The translations under genes were made by a program, and so were the position numbers. A stretch of 64,000 nucleotides of DNA from Paraspadella gotoi (lineage: Eukaryota > Animalia > Chaetognatha), in the NCBI GenBank assembly GCA_051294375.1, contig CM119267.1, forward strand, positions 10,601,045-10,665,044, given 5' to 3'. Numbering within the stretch: the stretch's first letter is position 1; every line of letters begins with the position of its first letter. Of this stretch, positions 1-23,600 are shown in pieces. The notes below the pieces were generated by a model. It worked only from the letters and a program-made list of their open reading frames with translations, was not told where the DNA came from and ran no database searches.

Positions 1-303
1 CGAAGTTTGATGTATTAAGAGAAGTTTTTTAATTTTAGAACGTTTTTTTAAAGCCGGATAAATTAGGTTCACACATAAAAAAAAAATATTCAAAATTGTT
101 TATTGTTTTTTTTTATTTATTTATTTTTGTTAAGAAAAAATCCGATTTAAACTTTGAGTCTTCAGATGGAGTTTGATAAAGTTGAAAGCGGCCAACGAAG
201 ATGTTGACGACGACGACGATAACGACGACGACGAAGACGACGACGCAAGACCCCCAAAGGACTTCGAGAAAACTAAAGGGCGGAGACGTAAGATCTAAAA
301 CCC

Positions 304-421
<118 letters not shown>

Positions 422-868
422 TCATTAGTTGGGTAGAATGAACTAAAATTTTACAGTATTCCTTTTATTACGAGAAACTGAATTTAAAAAAATAGTAAAT
501 AATTATTTTAAATAGATCGGTACGGTTAAATGATGTGTCTCGAAGTTCAATCATTACTCTTTAAAATTAATCCTATCAATCAGTCTATGTGAAATTCTGT
601 CGGGAATCTCGGTTGAATCTCACTTAAAATCGACTCTTATTAACATTATTAAGATAATTATTGTTATTTGTTCATAAAAAAAAAAAATTAAACTAAGGCC
701 TTCGAGTAGGCGCCGCTCGCGTCGGTCGCGCCCACGATTTAGTCGACGAGCCACTGCGACTCGAAGTCAAGAGGTCACGTGACTCTGAAACTGGTCGCGG
801 ATGTCTAAGGCGAAGATCGAAACTGACGACATCTTTCCTTCTCCTCCTCTTCCTCTTCCTCCTCCCCC

Positions 869-4588
<3,720 letters not shown>

Positions 4589-5718
4589 TCTGGCGAAGGA
4601 GTCGCAAAATAGGTTGTCGTTGTTGTTGTTGTTGTAGTTATTGTTTTTGTTTTTTTGTTTTTGAATTCGTTGTTGTAGTTGTTGATGATGATGATGATGA
4701 TGATAGAAAATATAAATATAAGTTGTTTGCAGCAGTTGTCATTGTTCTTCTTTCGTTGCGACTGTTTCTGCTGTTGTTGTTTCTGTTGTTGTCGTTTTTT
4801 TTGTTGCTGTGGTTGTTAATGATGGTGATGGTGTTGTTAATGATGATGTTCTTGCTGTTTTCTTATGGAATATTGAGAGTCGATGCCGTCTTTGTGTTGT
4901 TGAACACGTAAAACTTTAATTTACACTATTGGGCATCAGACAAACATCGTCCTTTTGCTGTAGAAGAAACAGCAGCAACAACAACAACAACAGCAACCTG
5001 AGGAGCGAGGGCCACATCTTCCCTCGGATCCAGTCCAGATTTTTTAGCGACGTGTGCGTCATGATTGGATTTCCACGTCAACGACGCGCGTATAAGAAAT
5101 AACGACAAATATGACGACAATGACGACGACAACGACGTAATCATAGACTTCAATATTTAAAAGAAGGCGACGATGACGACTGAGACGACAGACAATGACG
5201 TCGTCAGAAACGACGTCCAATCGAATGATTTGGCGGGAAATTATCAACGAATCAACGACGACGCATCTTCGTTCTATATGATGGGATTTGGTTGACGACT
5301 CTAAATTCTAAACCGACGAAGACTCGGTACGATCCTTTGGTTCCGCGAAAGAGTTTGACTCGAGACTTTTAAAAGTCGGAGCGACCTTTTTTCTTGGAGG
5401 TCGCTGACCTCTGTCGGGGATCATGGATGAAGAAATAAGTAAACAACTGTTGCCTCAATTTCCTTGTACAAGAGGGCGGGTATTTCCGCTGACCTGTTAA
5501 CTATTTATTGAAGAATGATAATTTTAAAATGAGGGTTGTCAAAGTAAATACGATTATTTCTTTTTTGTTTCCCCTTCGAGGAAGAATCGATTCAACTCAG
5601 AGGAAGGAACTCGAAGTTTCGAGTCTAAGATTAAGAATTAGTTGGCGGTGAGAAAATTAGACGCAATTTACGATGCATCCGATTGTGAGACCAAAAAAAA
5701 AATATTTAAAAAAATTTT

Positions 5719-5779
<61 letters not shown>

Positions 5780-7252
5780 TTCAAGCACAGGAAAAAACAC
5801 GTCACACACTTGCTCTTTCTCATTAGTTAAAACTTAAAAGTTTTAAAAATAAAATAAATCTAATTAACCCCCCCAAAAAAAAGAATCTTTTCTCTGTTTC
5901 ACATTTAGTTTTACCAAGAAAGACTTCCGGACACTCAAAGGGAGTTGAGAAAGCAAAGGCAAAGACTGGGAGAGCTTTGAGTTTCTGACAGAACATTTTC
6001 TGCTCGTAAAAATCATTTTTACAGCTGGGGATTTTTATAAGAGAATTTTTTATTAAAATCACAATCATTTAAACACGAGAATTTGATTTATTTCAGTTTA
6101 AATTAAACATTTCGATAATTACAAATTTACAAATATAATTACTATTAATACGCCGCGAAATATTTCGTTGAAAGAAGATGTAAGTTTAAAGTTACAATCT
6201 GTCATGTGATAACTCAATAACTCCATTTTCCATTCTCTTTCAACGAAAATTATAATGTATATTTTTTTAATATAATCAACTCTTTCATTAAAGACTTATT
6301 GCACTCGTATTGTCACCGTCGCTTAAATGATAAAAAGCAAATATGTCGCCCGATCTCTGGAAATATTGCTGAGGGCACCCGACGGTTTCCCGTTATTTTT
6401 CTTTTTCGAAAAGAGAGAAAAAAAAAGATTTAAGTTGAAGTTTAATCTTTTTTTTTTCTCTTCTTCGTCCCACGCGTCGAATAAAATATTACTGAGGCGA
6501 GATATAAATGAATTTAAAAGGAGAAAAAAAATAACGAAAAAGCTTTTTCTTTTGAATATTGAGATTATGGCACTATGGTACAGCAAATCTTTGGTAGGCG
6601 GGGTTTTTTTGGTGGGGGGCGGGGGAATAACTTTGGAAGGTAAGGTGCTTTTCTTTGGAGAGGAATTTTGATGGGGTGAGGAAATCGGGAAAGGGATATG
6701 GAAAGAAGTCGGGGAAGGAGAAAGTACGAAAGGAGAGTATAAGGTAAAAAGATTAAAAGAAAGAAAGGAAGTGGCAGAGTAAGGAAGGAAGAAAAAGGAA
6801 AGGAAAATAATCTTTAAAAAATGGGGAGGAAGTGAAGGGAAAAGATAGGAGTAAGTTAAAGAATTTAAAGGTAAGAATTAATTTTAAAAGACCAGAAAAC
6901 GTTCGTGGAAAGTCGCTCGCTCGCAAATAATCAGTTTCGATGGAGAAATCGAGTTTTTCAAACTGAAAATCGAAACTTGGAAGGCGACGAGTTTTTCGTT
7001 TGGGGGGGAGTGGGGGGGGACCCAGAATCGTGCAGCGACGAAGTTCGAAGTTCGATGGGGAATTCGACTCCAGTTGGAAGAAGGTAGGAGAGTTGGTGGA
7101 GCGGGAGATGAGGAGTGGAGAACGGGAAGATGAGCGAGCGCGGGCCTAACTTCGCTCCATCGACCCAATTATGCGAGAACACGAGGAACGAACGAAAGAG
7201 GACAACAACAATGACAGGGGCTTTCTCTGTCTGTCTCCGTTCGTGTCTCTCT

Positions 7253-7339
<87 letters not shown>

Positions 7340-7380
7340 CCCCCGCTCCAATCTCTCGTCGTTTTTTTTCCCGCGACGCG

Positions 7381-11850
<4,470 letters not shown>

Positions 11851-12806
11851 GGCGGGAGGAGGAAGAGGAAGAGGAGACGAAGACGAGGCTTCGCGCAAAA
11901 TCTTCATTCAACTTCCGGTTTTTCTTTTTCTTTTTTTTTTCTTCTTCTTTTTATTAGAATTCGTTGATTTTTTTATCGGTTTTTGGTGTTTGACTCGCGG
12001 TTCACCGTCGTTTCACAGATGAACTTCCCGTGACCCCGAAGCAACATTCACTGCAGGACAAAAAAATAAAAAAGTTACGGATTTTTTTACATTTTTTTTT
12101 CTCCTAACTAGGAATATGAAAAATGGTAACGAAACAAAATCTTAAGACGTTTTTTCTCCTCTGGCGATTACTCTAAATTTAATAAAGTTTCCGTTTTCTT
12201 CGTTAGAATTTATGATTTTACAAGTGAAGGATTGATTTACATTTATCATTAAATTTTGAATTTTTTTTCTTGTAAAAAACCGCGAAATCTTAAAAATAAA
12301 AACCTAGAATCAGCTCACGAGGGATACAGTCACGCGTTTTAGCCCTTCCCTAATTGTGGTCCGAGGCAAAAATCCTTCCTCGTTATTCAAATGCGTTTCT
12401 TATCATCAAAAAAAAAGAAGTTTGAATTCAAAGCCGAAGATAACGAATCTTCTGAACCTCGCGAATGTAGGAAATCCATTAAAACATTTCCAACTTTTGC
12501 CTCATTTTAATTACGACGAATTTTTTTTCTTAGTAGGTTTAGATTAACTTCGGTTTAATCAAGAGTCAAGGTTAGATTGATTAGATTATCAATCGGGCAT
12601 TTTTGTTTGTCAAACCGATGTCTTTTGAACAGTAGTTTTTTTGAGAGTTGTAGTAGTAAGACTTTTTTGAACGCGAGTGCAATGAAAAAAAAAACGAAAG
12701 AAAACGCAGTAAACGATTCAAACTCCGCGTTTTATATCGCAATAACCGTGTCTAACAAGTATGAATTTTATCATCATCATCACCATCAAAAACGAGCTTT
12801 CAGAGA

Positions 12807-12906
<100 letters not shown>

Positions 12907-14157
12907 AAAAAAAATAGAAAGCAGTCGGTTTTTTCCTGACAGAATGAATTTTTTTTTTAAACTGAAATCGAAGGGGGTGAATATCTATAGGTCGTAGTTT
13001 TTGATGCAATATATTAGTCTTGAAGTTTCGCACATTATTTATGACTTGGCGTGTATCGCCTTTGCCCCCGACGTTGGAACGCGAGACCGAGAATCCAAAT
13101 TGAATAAGTGAGACTCGTATCGCTTGTCACTTATCACCCGACGCCAGCGAGTGACTTTACACGATGCGGCCATTCATTTTATATTTCGTTAAGAAGTCTT
13201 TTTTTTTTACAGAAACATTGTATTCGTCATTTTTGATGAATTAATAATTAATTCAAAATAGAATTAAAAAAAACGATTAATTTTGTTAGGCTCCTTTGAT
13301 GTAACATATGAGGAAAACCTTTTCGTCAAATAACGAGACGAGAATACTCTCTGTTTACAATTACAATGGATGTCACTGTATCAGCGGTTTCAGAAATCTC
13401 CAATTCTGGATTTTGAAATTATATTTTAAAAATTCAAAAAATTTACTCAGCGTTTTTTGGCTATCTCTGTATTTTACAATTAATAATATGTAGTTCTTAG
13501 TAAATACGAGTCAGGGAACAAAGTCAGTAGCAGCGGCTTTCCGTTTTACCCAATTCAAGTTAAAACAAATAACTCGATAAAAAAACATAGATTTTTCTAC
13601 TGCCGCATCGGCGACCTCTCGCGGTTGAATAAATAACTTAAGTTAAAATAAATACACTTTTTATTTCCATAGCAAAATTCCGCTCGGAGGTTCGATGCTG
13701 CACAAGATATTTACACTGTCGGTTGACAGCGCTATCAGTCGCCCAGTGTTTGCTTTGGCGAGAGTCGTTCAGTATCCTTTATTTATTCGGGTTGTTTATG
13801 TCATTGTTTAGGAACTCTCTCGATGTTCTTTTCTTTTTAGATGATAATATATCCGTGAATCAACCTCTTTTTATGAATTTATTTTCTTGGCTTTTTTCAG
13901 ACACTTTTGTTTATATTCGCAGTTGTTCATTTTTTTTTCTCAGCGAGAAAGCAGAGGATATAACCTTTTCGACTTAAATGTGCGAAAAAAAAGTTGAAAT
14001 CTCGTTAATATTTTTTAAATTTTGTTTAAACGTTCTATTCAGATATATTTTTTTTAATTTTAGCTTAAAACCATGATAAAAAAAACTGTTTTTTCGGTCA
14101 AACAGCGTGTTGTTGAAATTCCGTATCCCGGAGCAAAAAGCCAAGGTAAAAATTTTC

Positions 14158-14245
<88 letters not shown>

Positions 14246-14295
14246 CAGAAATTTTCAGAAAAAAGAGAGTAAAAAGAGAGAGAGAGAGAGAGGAG

Positions 14296-14337
<42 letters not shown>

Positions 14338-16202
14338 AGCCCAACTCGCTTCCCTCGAGTTCAAAACTCAAACATCCGAAGTAGGCGACGACGACGACGA
14401 CGACGACGACGACCAAACTATTAGTTGTGGTGGTAGACAGAGATCCCGTCAAAGTGAAATGTTCTCAAATATTTTTAAAAATTGTTTTAAAAAATGGACA
14501 AAAATAATAATCAAATGATGATAGAAGTTCATAGACAGAATGGTATAGTATTTATCAATAATCTGGTGCCATTATAGAAAATTCGTCAAGGGTTTAAAAA
14601 AATTTATAAAAATAAAAATAATTTGAAATATGAAAAAAATTAAAGCAGGAAAAAGGTTTGATAGATAGAGTGTTTGATATGAAAACATTATAAATATATA
14701 TAAATATGAACATTAAATATATATGAATTTGACATATATATATTTGAAAATAAAAATGATTTTTAAAAAAATGAAAGCATGAAAAAGGTAAAAAAAGCCA
14801 TAATATTTTTCCGCGATGAACACAACGATTTTATGTGGCGAATCCGATGGGGAGAGCGAGCGAGCGAGAGAGATAGAGAGAGAGAGAGAAAAACGAGAAA
14901 ACAGGAAGGGATTTCAACCGGAAGTAGCATTAAGCGAGTCTCTTTCGTCCACATTAGCGGAGTCCTTTTACGCAACGCGAGTCTAGCCAAGTTTAGTTGC
15001 AAAAAATCGCCAGGGAAAGAAATTCAGATGACGAGGACGACGACCAACGTAGCGATGAGGAAGACGATGACGATGACGACGATGATCGCAAAGGAAAAAA
15101 GAAATCTCGAGCTCGTCCGCCTCTCCGGCATTCACTCAGTGGGATCCCTGTTTTCCTCTTCCTCTTCCTCCTCTTCATTTCTCTCTCTCTCTTTCTCTTT
15201 TTATTTTTCTCTCTCTATCTCACATAATCTTGAGAATGCCTCACTTTTTCGCCCCTTTTTGTAGCGGAAATTAGTCACGGTCTTCAATAGGATTTTCTAT
15301 ATTTCTCAAAAAAAATATTTAAGGATTATCATTTTTTTTTCTCTCGGATAAATATAACTGTATTCTCTCGTGTTATTTTTCAGGCCTCCCTTCACCCACT
15401 CTTCTTCGCCTCCTCTTCCTCCTCCTCCTCCGCTTCTCCCCTTGCTCTTCCTCCTTCTCCCCCTCCTCCTCATTTGTAACCGCACAAGTGTTCCCCCGCG
15501 GCGCCGAATAGAAATTCCTCGAATTTTGGATGTGATTCAGTTGTGTCATTCTGCTTCATCCCATTGTGAGATGCGATTATGTCAGTCTGGTCGACTACAG
15601 TTCCCTTTGTCTATTTCCATTTATGATTTATTACATCGCTCGTTCGGTTGACTAATTTATCTTCATTTATCATCCTCACATATTCCTTTGAAATCTTTTT
15701 TTTTATTCAATTATTTGTTTGCGTGGATGTATCGAATAAAGCTTTTTTTTTCTTAATTTCGTGATCACATATACTCGAAGAAAAGTTTGATCGGGAGAAA
15801 ATTGTTCCTTTCATCAAAAACCTTTTTTTTAGAATATTTTAAGATAAAGATTCTGGATTATAAGCATTTACATTCGTGATGTTTGTTTATTTTGACACAT
15901 TTTTTTGTTTTGTTCTGTTTTCACAAATCTTTCGCATTCGCGTCATTTTTTTTTTCGTTTTCTGCAAAGTTTTTTTTCCTTCAATTGCAGGTTCACGAAA
16001 TTGTGAAAATGGTTTCTATCCTCGGAAATGTAGCCTCGGCTCCTCAACTTGTAAATATTAATTTGCAATCACACGCTAGACTCCTCCCCCCCCCCAAACT
16101 CTTTCGGCCAATTTTCTCGCTTGAGAATCAGAGTCGAAGATTCGACGATAAACGAGGCCACAATTCGTTGCCGACCAGATTTTTCAGATTTCGCTTTTCA
16201 AC

Positions 16203-16263
<61 letters not shown>

Positions 16264-16982
16264 AGAAAGATGCAATCTTAGCCAAGATTATAAATAGATA
16301 AACTGAACAATAGAAGGCCATTCACTCCGGCAAAGGCTTTTTTTAAACTTTTTTCACAAACGCTGATTGTGAATCGAAAAAAAACGACGTCGTCGTCATC
16401 GTCGTCGTTTTCTCCGATGATGATTTCGAGAGTTGAGTCACGGACGACAACAACAACAACACCGACGGGCCTTAATAATTTTCTTTTTTGAGTCACGTTA
16501 CGAGCTCTTTTTTTTTCGAACGACTGTTGGGCGAGGCCTCTTTTTTCATTTTTTTATATACATAAATTACTTCGCCTTCTCAAAAAAAAAAAAAAAGAAC
16601 GTGGGATGCTCCGATTGTCTTTTCTCGAATAAATCATATAGATTTTCGGGCGCCGTCGTCGTCGGTCGGGAAGGGGCCTCCGGTTGTTATTGTCGCTCGT
16701 GATTATGTTTGGTTCTTGTCGGCGACCAAGTGGTCTTAAGGGATGGCGCCAGATTAGCGCCACCTTGCTTAGTTAACGCTGGTTTGCGATGAGCATCGTC
16801 GTGGTCGGAATCGCGATTGAGGCGTGGTCACCCCGCTTCGTCATCATCAGATTGTCGTCGTCGTCGTCGTCGTTTGTAGATATGAAATCGTCGTCGCGTC
16901 GGTTAATTTGGTGGTCGTCATTTCGTCGTCGTCCTCTTATCCGTTTTCATCATCGTCGCCATTGCCGGTTATATATTTTTTT

Positions 16983-17071
<89 letters not shown>

Positions 17072-20000
17072 GAGAGAGAAAGAGCTTAAATAAAAACTGC
17101 AGAAGTAATGAAGCTGACGTTTAAAGGTTTGTGAAGTTTATCAATCAAAATTCACAAAATTACGTCTGTAAATATTGAACGTTTGGGTTTTAAAATTTCA
17201 AAACACGTCAGTGAGTCGGCGAACCGGGATGAACTTCGACCAGCGTCGACCAATGCCGGCCAGTGTCGGCAAGCATCGGCAAGCATCGACGTCGATAAGC
17301 TTCAAAACTCGAGGAAAAACTTAAAACTTATTCCGCGTCAGAGATCATTTGCACGATTTTTTTTCCGATTCCAGGACCCGAATCTACACTCAAACTTCTC
17401 TTTTATCTCACAGGGTCAAAGGTTTCCAAAATACTGCGCCAAAATTAGGTGTTTCATGGGAGCTTTGAGAATTCGCGAAACCCTTTGTTTGTTAAAGCGA
17501 AAAAATAAATACTACTTGATTTTGTAATTAAAAATTTAGTCGCTAAAACCATCATCGAGGTTTTTTTAGTTTTTACTTGATGAACTCATGAAATTAAATA
17601 CTTGAGATGATGAAGTTTATCTTCGGGAGGACGAATCCAACAGTATGAATAATAATATGTTGTATGTATGTATTTGTAAGTATTTGTATGTATTTGTATA
17701 AAAAATGCTTTAAAACTACACACACAATTTTTTTTTCAATCCCCAACTGACGCCGATGCCAAATTCACTTTTCCCAATTTTTTTTCTCTTCACTAAAAAA
17801 AAATGTTTTAATTGACGGAATGTTTACAAAAAAATAAATCTGAGAAGATGTAGGAAAAAAACTTGTGTTTTCAGAAATGCTCAAATATTCGGGGTGGTTC
17901 TAATTTCAGGGAAAAAGGAGGGGGGGGAATTGAGAAAAAAAAATAATTCAATTTTTTTTCAACTATTCAATAACGATTCTCAAAGGTTTACTAAATTACT
18001 TATCTTCAGTTAGTCTTCTTTTTTCATAAAATAAAATTTTTAAAGCAATGCGGGGGGAAAAAAGTTTTCTAAATTATTATCAAGGGTTTGACTCCCTGAT
18101 TCATGGATTGAGAAGGGACTTGACTCAAGACTCAGGGATTTAAACTTTCTCCTCCATTCTGCAGGAAGGGAGATGTGAGGAAATTGAATAGGGAGGGAGT
18201 AAAGCAACTCACCCACTTGGCAGCTACAATAACAAAGCGATGATAATCCATAAAGAATAAAGCCAAAGATCGAAGAAGACGATTTACAACGATAAACAAC
18301 TAAAGCAGCGGAAGGCAGCATTGGCAGTTTCTGCAGCGTCTGCAGCGGAAGCGAAAATACTATTACTCGGTCGCAACTGGCAAACTTCGCATCTGGACGA
18401 AGATTCGGAAGGCCCTACCGAGAGGCCGACACAACGTAATGCGAATTTCCGGCGTTTGATTTAATTTTGTGAGTGAGGAGCGGCTTTGAAGAGGCCACCG
18501 GACTGGCCAATGGCCATCAGGGAAAGGCCAAAGAACAGGCCCCTTCGTTTTGCGCCATTCGTTTCGGAATCGAGCAAAAATTTTCGGAAAATTAAGTTCG
18601 ATATTTATCTTTGTTATTTTCTCTTCTTTTTTCTTTGTAATTTTTTTTTTTTCATTTTCAAATTCAGTTTTTGCCAAATCGTTTTTTGAATTGTGTTTTT
18701 TTATGCGAAGCGAATTTTGGATTAAAGAAATCCTTTATCCGGTCGAGATTTCGAGAGAGATTGCGAACCCCTTTGGAGATTACAACCTCGGTGTGAAGAA
18801 GACTCGCTTAAACGTGAAATGTAGACAAAAAACTGAAATAAATATATACATTTGAATTTCGATGGAGAAAAAAGGTCAATCCTCCAATCAAGCAGCCAAC
18901 CAAGCTTTTGGATTTGCCAAGCGGCCACCTGCGACCTCGGATCTCGTTCATTTTTTTTTACGAGAATTTTTGTCCTACTTTTTTTTTCAAACTTTTTGTC
19001 TTTTGTTGAATCCATTTTCCATCATAATTTATTCACGATTCCATCTCTCATCGCAGATGGTCGTTGTTGTCACTGTCAAAAGTCCCGATCTCGATTCGTT
19101 CCATCTTTGTCGAGTGAACAACGTTGTGCTAAGCCAATGTCGCACGGCGCCTTATAGGTTATAGGTTTCTTAATCCCAAGAAAGGTCGTTCTTGTCGCCG
19201 GTCAGTCCAAGATGTCATTCTTGACTTGAGATAGACATCGTCGTCGTCGTCATCGTCGTCGTAGGTCCCGCGAACCTCTTCCGACTTTTCGACACCGAAA
19301 GATCAGCGTGAGATTGTCGGTCACGAAAAAAAAAGCGTGTCGACAGATTGTCGGGCTGAGGAGACTTTAATCAGACAAACGCCTTGGTTCAGGCAGAGGT
19401 GAATCTGTCGGGCGACGTTCATATTTCCGTAAAAATATTTGATTTCGGCACTTGCAATTTCTAACTAAACATTTATAACTTTTCGTAATTCTCAACATAT
19501 ACGCATCGTTTAACAAGGGAATTTTTTTACGACATAACTGATGGGCTTATTATCTGATAAGCTGAAATATTAATCATGATTGAGCAAGGGTTTCGTAGTT
19601 TATATAGAGTACCAGAAAAATTAGGTTTTAGTTTTTTCCTTCGGAGAATAAAAACACACACAAAAATAAGTATTTAAAAAAGAAAAAGAGAAGAGGATTA
19701 GCGATGAGGCGCTCAAAATGTTTTTTTGTCTGTTTGATCTCGGATTTAATTTTTTTTTCCTCTTTTAGACAAAAACAAACACTGGAGTTATAAAAAAAAG
19801 AGAGGAGAAAAAGAAAAAGAAAAGAAAGAAGGAAATGTAGAAAGTTTAGAATCTCTTAGGTGAACCCGAGCTTAAGTTTTTTTTTTTAGTTCTCTCCCTT
19901 AATTTCCTTCTCGGATTCCGTCTGCCTTTTTTTCTCCCCCTTTATTTTTTGCTGTAGGCGATTTAATTCATTAAAGCAGCTTTTTTTTGGACGAAGAAGT

Positions 20001-20615
20001 GGGAAGCCACGTAAGAAGCGCCAGAAGGGAGGGAGGGAGGGAGGGAGGGAGGGAGAGAGAGAGAGAGAGAGAGATGGAAATGTAGTGAGGTAGTCCTTAT
20101 GAGAAAACCGATTTTTTTTTCTTCCATCGATTTTTTCTTTCATTTGGAATCAAGGAATTTGAGATTTCACTGCGAAACGAATCCAAAAAATCTCGCGAAA
20201 ATTTGAGAAATCGATGTCAGTCTCGCACGTCGATCGAGAAAGGAGATTCAGAATAAACTTAAATAACATTTATAGATTGTTAGAAGAGGGGAAATAACGT
20301 TCGGGCATACGAATGGCTTTGTTAGCCAATCGCAGTTCAGTTCATAGTTAACGGATTTGTTAAAATTAAATTTCCCTCAGCAGCGTCGCACATAAATAAC
20401 AAAAATCTTGTCGATCAAAGAACGATTTATTCCAGACGTAACATAAAATTATAATAATAATAAAACCAACCAATAATAATAATAACACCAACGGACCAAC
20501 AGACAAAATTTGATTAATTGACAATGCAAAAAAAAAAACCTTTAAAAATCCAAAAGGTTAACACTTAAACTTGTTAAAAGCATGAGATGACGCCATCTTT
20601 CCATTAACGACGAAA

Positions 20616-23600
20616 TCAAACGTCGACGGAAGCGTTGCATTTGTCTGGACTCATGTAGTAGTAAGCGACGCCATCGTCCGAGACGATGCCATCGTTTCTC
20701 TCTTCGATGGTCGACTTCATGGACTCGAAATCTGCCATCAGTTCCTCGTGGGCGTCCGGAAGTTGATCCTAAACGAATGCGTAAAGTCAGGGGAGGCAAC
20801 GGAGAAAAGAGTGAAACGAAACAATGTTTTTTTTTTCAAAATGGTAATTGCAATTAAGACATTAAGACATTAAGACATTTAAGACCTTAAGACAAATACG
20901 CATTCGAGAAATTTGGCAATTTTTTTCATACATATTTATTTATGAATATTATCCTAGCAGTTGCCATTTTTTCCAACCTGTAGCGAAGTGACGTTCATAA
21001 GAGGTAAGTCCGCCTCGGGGGCAAGAGTGTGCATGACCAAGCATTGGACAACCCTGTTGATGAAGTTGGGCAAGGATCCTTCCACGTCCTCCATCTCCAG
21101 CTCCTCATCCTCGGCCGGCATTGGCAACTGCGGCATGAAAAATAGTTAATTAATTAATTTAATTTTAATTTTAACCTAAGTCTGTAATTAAAGCTTTTTT
21201 ACAAACCTTGAGCGAGAAAGGCTTATTGGGAACATAGCCGTAGCAGTCCAACTGCCCGTCGTTTTGCGCCGAGTGAAAGGCGGACGCTTGGAAGATGATC
21301 GCGGTCAACATCTCCGTCAGCGCCTCTTTGGAATCGATCTTCACCGCTTCCCAATTCTTGCCCGTTTTATCCGGATTTTTCGTTCTGAGCAACGAGTTGG
21401 GGATGAATTTTTTTTTTTTTTTTTTTTAAATTTTGTAATTGGTATTTTGAAATCTAGACACCTGAAGGTGCTCAAGTTTCCTTTGAGCGGATCGGCAATG
21501 TCCGAGACGAACTGTTGGAGGCGCTCGTCTTCAGCGACCCCCTCGTCCTCGTCGTAGGTGGCGTCGACGGCGGCGGCGGCGTACCTGAAGCGTACGATTG
21601 CCAATCGAGTTCAGTCGAATCTTCTCTCGGGGGCAAAGAGAAATAAAAAAGATTTGCCTTTAAACTGCGTTCTTACTTGTTGAGAGATTCCCACAGCAAG
21701 AAGCCATCGTCCCTGTAGTAAAATCCCCGGAATCCGTCGTCGTCCGCGGACGTCGCGAAGCCGCGTTTGGCGATGCTGCGCGGGAAGCAGAAGTCGTCGA
21801 AGTCGACGCGGGAAAATGAGACGTTGGCCAATGAGATGCCGCCCTCGCGGCCTTGAATGTGGCGAGGGGGTTAGGGACGAGAACAAAAGAACGTGACACA
21901 AAAAGAATCCTTTAAATATGATTATGATCCAAATAAACTAAAGATCATTGTTCAAAGTCTCGTTCACCCATTCATCCCGGAGTCAAGATCAAAAGATATC
22001 CATGAAGCGGGCCGACGAATAACGAAATCTCACCGGCGGAAAGATTATCCACGAGAGAGATGGCCTCCCCGATAAGCAGCTGCCTGGCGGCCCAATTCAC
22101 CCCCACCACGTTGTCGAGGTGTGGTTCGAGCATCTTGAGGATTGTTGCGTTCTCGAAGATGTCCTCGTCCAGTTCGAACTTCCAGTTGTGGAAAGCGATG
22201 GCCACGGGTTCCAGCCCCAAGTGAGACATTCCCAAGTGGTTAACGAACTGCATCACCTGATTAACGGCCGTGAAAAAAGGTTGTCAATCTAAGGGGTGAA
22301 GTGACTTAAGTAATGATTTACCATTCACTATGAAGAAAATTAATTTCAAGTTTCTTTAACCTGAGCGTCAGCGCTCTGCACCAACATCTTGGCGTAGAGC
22401 CACTTGACCGACGGGGATTCCGGAGTGAAGATTTGGTTGGGCTTGTCTTTGAACCTTGTCAACTGAATCCCTAAGACGCGGAGGTTGTGTCCGCTTGGGA
22501 AGTCTTCGTCGCAACTTTTTCGATTAGAGAGACATTCATTAAAATTATGAACAAAAAAATGAATTGATGATTTTCTCACCTGTGTAACAAAACTATGGGC
22601 GCATAAAAAATCAACTGTGGATGAGAAGCGCTGCGGTAAAAACCTTCTTTTTCTGGTTTTTTGCCCGGAATCTTCGAGAGAATTTCATAATCTGCGATAA
22701 GCAGACGTTTTTCTTCGATGATATCCGCCACAGAAGTTTCATTTTCGTCCAACGATTTCAGAGCTCTCATTTCCTTCAAGGAAAATGTAATTTTTCTTCA
22801 TAAACTGTTCAAAATATGTATCATTGATATCATTGTTAGCACTCATCACGCGCAGAGGCTGTACCTCCATGCTCCAACTGAAGAACTTACCTTTGGAACC
22901 TCATTCAATTCCTGAACGACTTTCACTTGAAATGGATTGACGCCCTGAAAAAACTGTCGGCAAAACTCTGCGTCGTCTTGCCAAGAAGAGGAGAGCTTCT
23001 CCACGGAGGGGGGCATCGGGACATAGTCGGGGTTGAATACGGCCGTCCACTCGTCCTCCAAGCGGTCGTTATGACCGGAGAGGCCGTAGATGAAGTTCAA
23101 CTGGCGCGAGACCATACGCGCCCAATATTTGGGCTTGAGCATGCGGTCGATGGGCATGATTTTGGCCGAGCCTTGGATCAATTTCATTTTTATGTACTTC
23201 AATTAATTGAGCTCTTTAACTTTCTCATCGAAACGTCAGCAAATCACCTTTTATGACTTACCCGGTATTCCCGTCAAATCCACTCCGTTAAACTTGGTCA
23301 GAGTGTACTCGACCTTGCGGTAAGGCTCTTCCACGAAGTTCATCATAGCCGACTGCAGCTGCTGCTTCAGCGACTCCATGTTGCTGACGTACCTCAGTGC
23401 CTGTTGCTGTTTCTCCATCAAGGCCACCGTGGTGATACTAGTCACGGCAACGCCGTCGTTCAAAGTGAAGTCTGGAACAAACGGAAAAATTCAATTCGTA
23501 TACGGAACTTAACTACAGTAAACGAAAACAGTTAAATTGTAACCCAGATTGAATTCGAGCACAGCTCCTTCCACGTTGCCCTCTTTGGCCAAAACGCGGA

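Noticed and set aside
14779-15264. ORF with acidic/Thr runs and an RVSF motif
   Set aside because: Largely (GAC/GAT)n and (AG)n low complexity; no convincing splice partners or homology.
18480-18548. GGCC-rich cluster suggesting a ribozyme
   Set aside because: No complete catalytic core, no second copy, and pairing alternatives are trivial for GGCC repeats.
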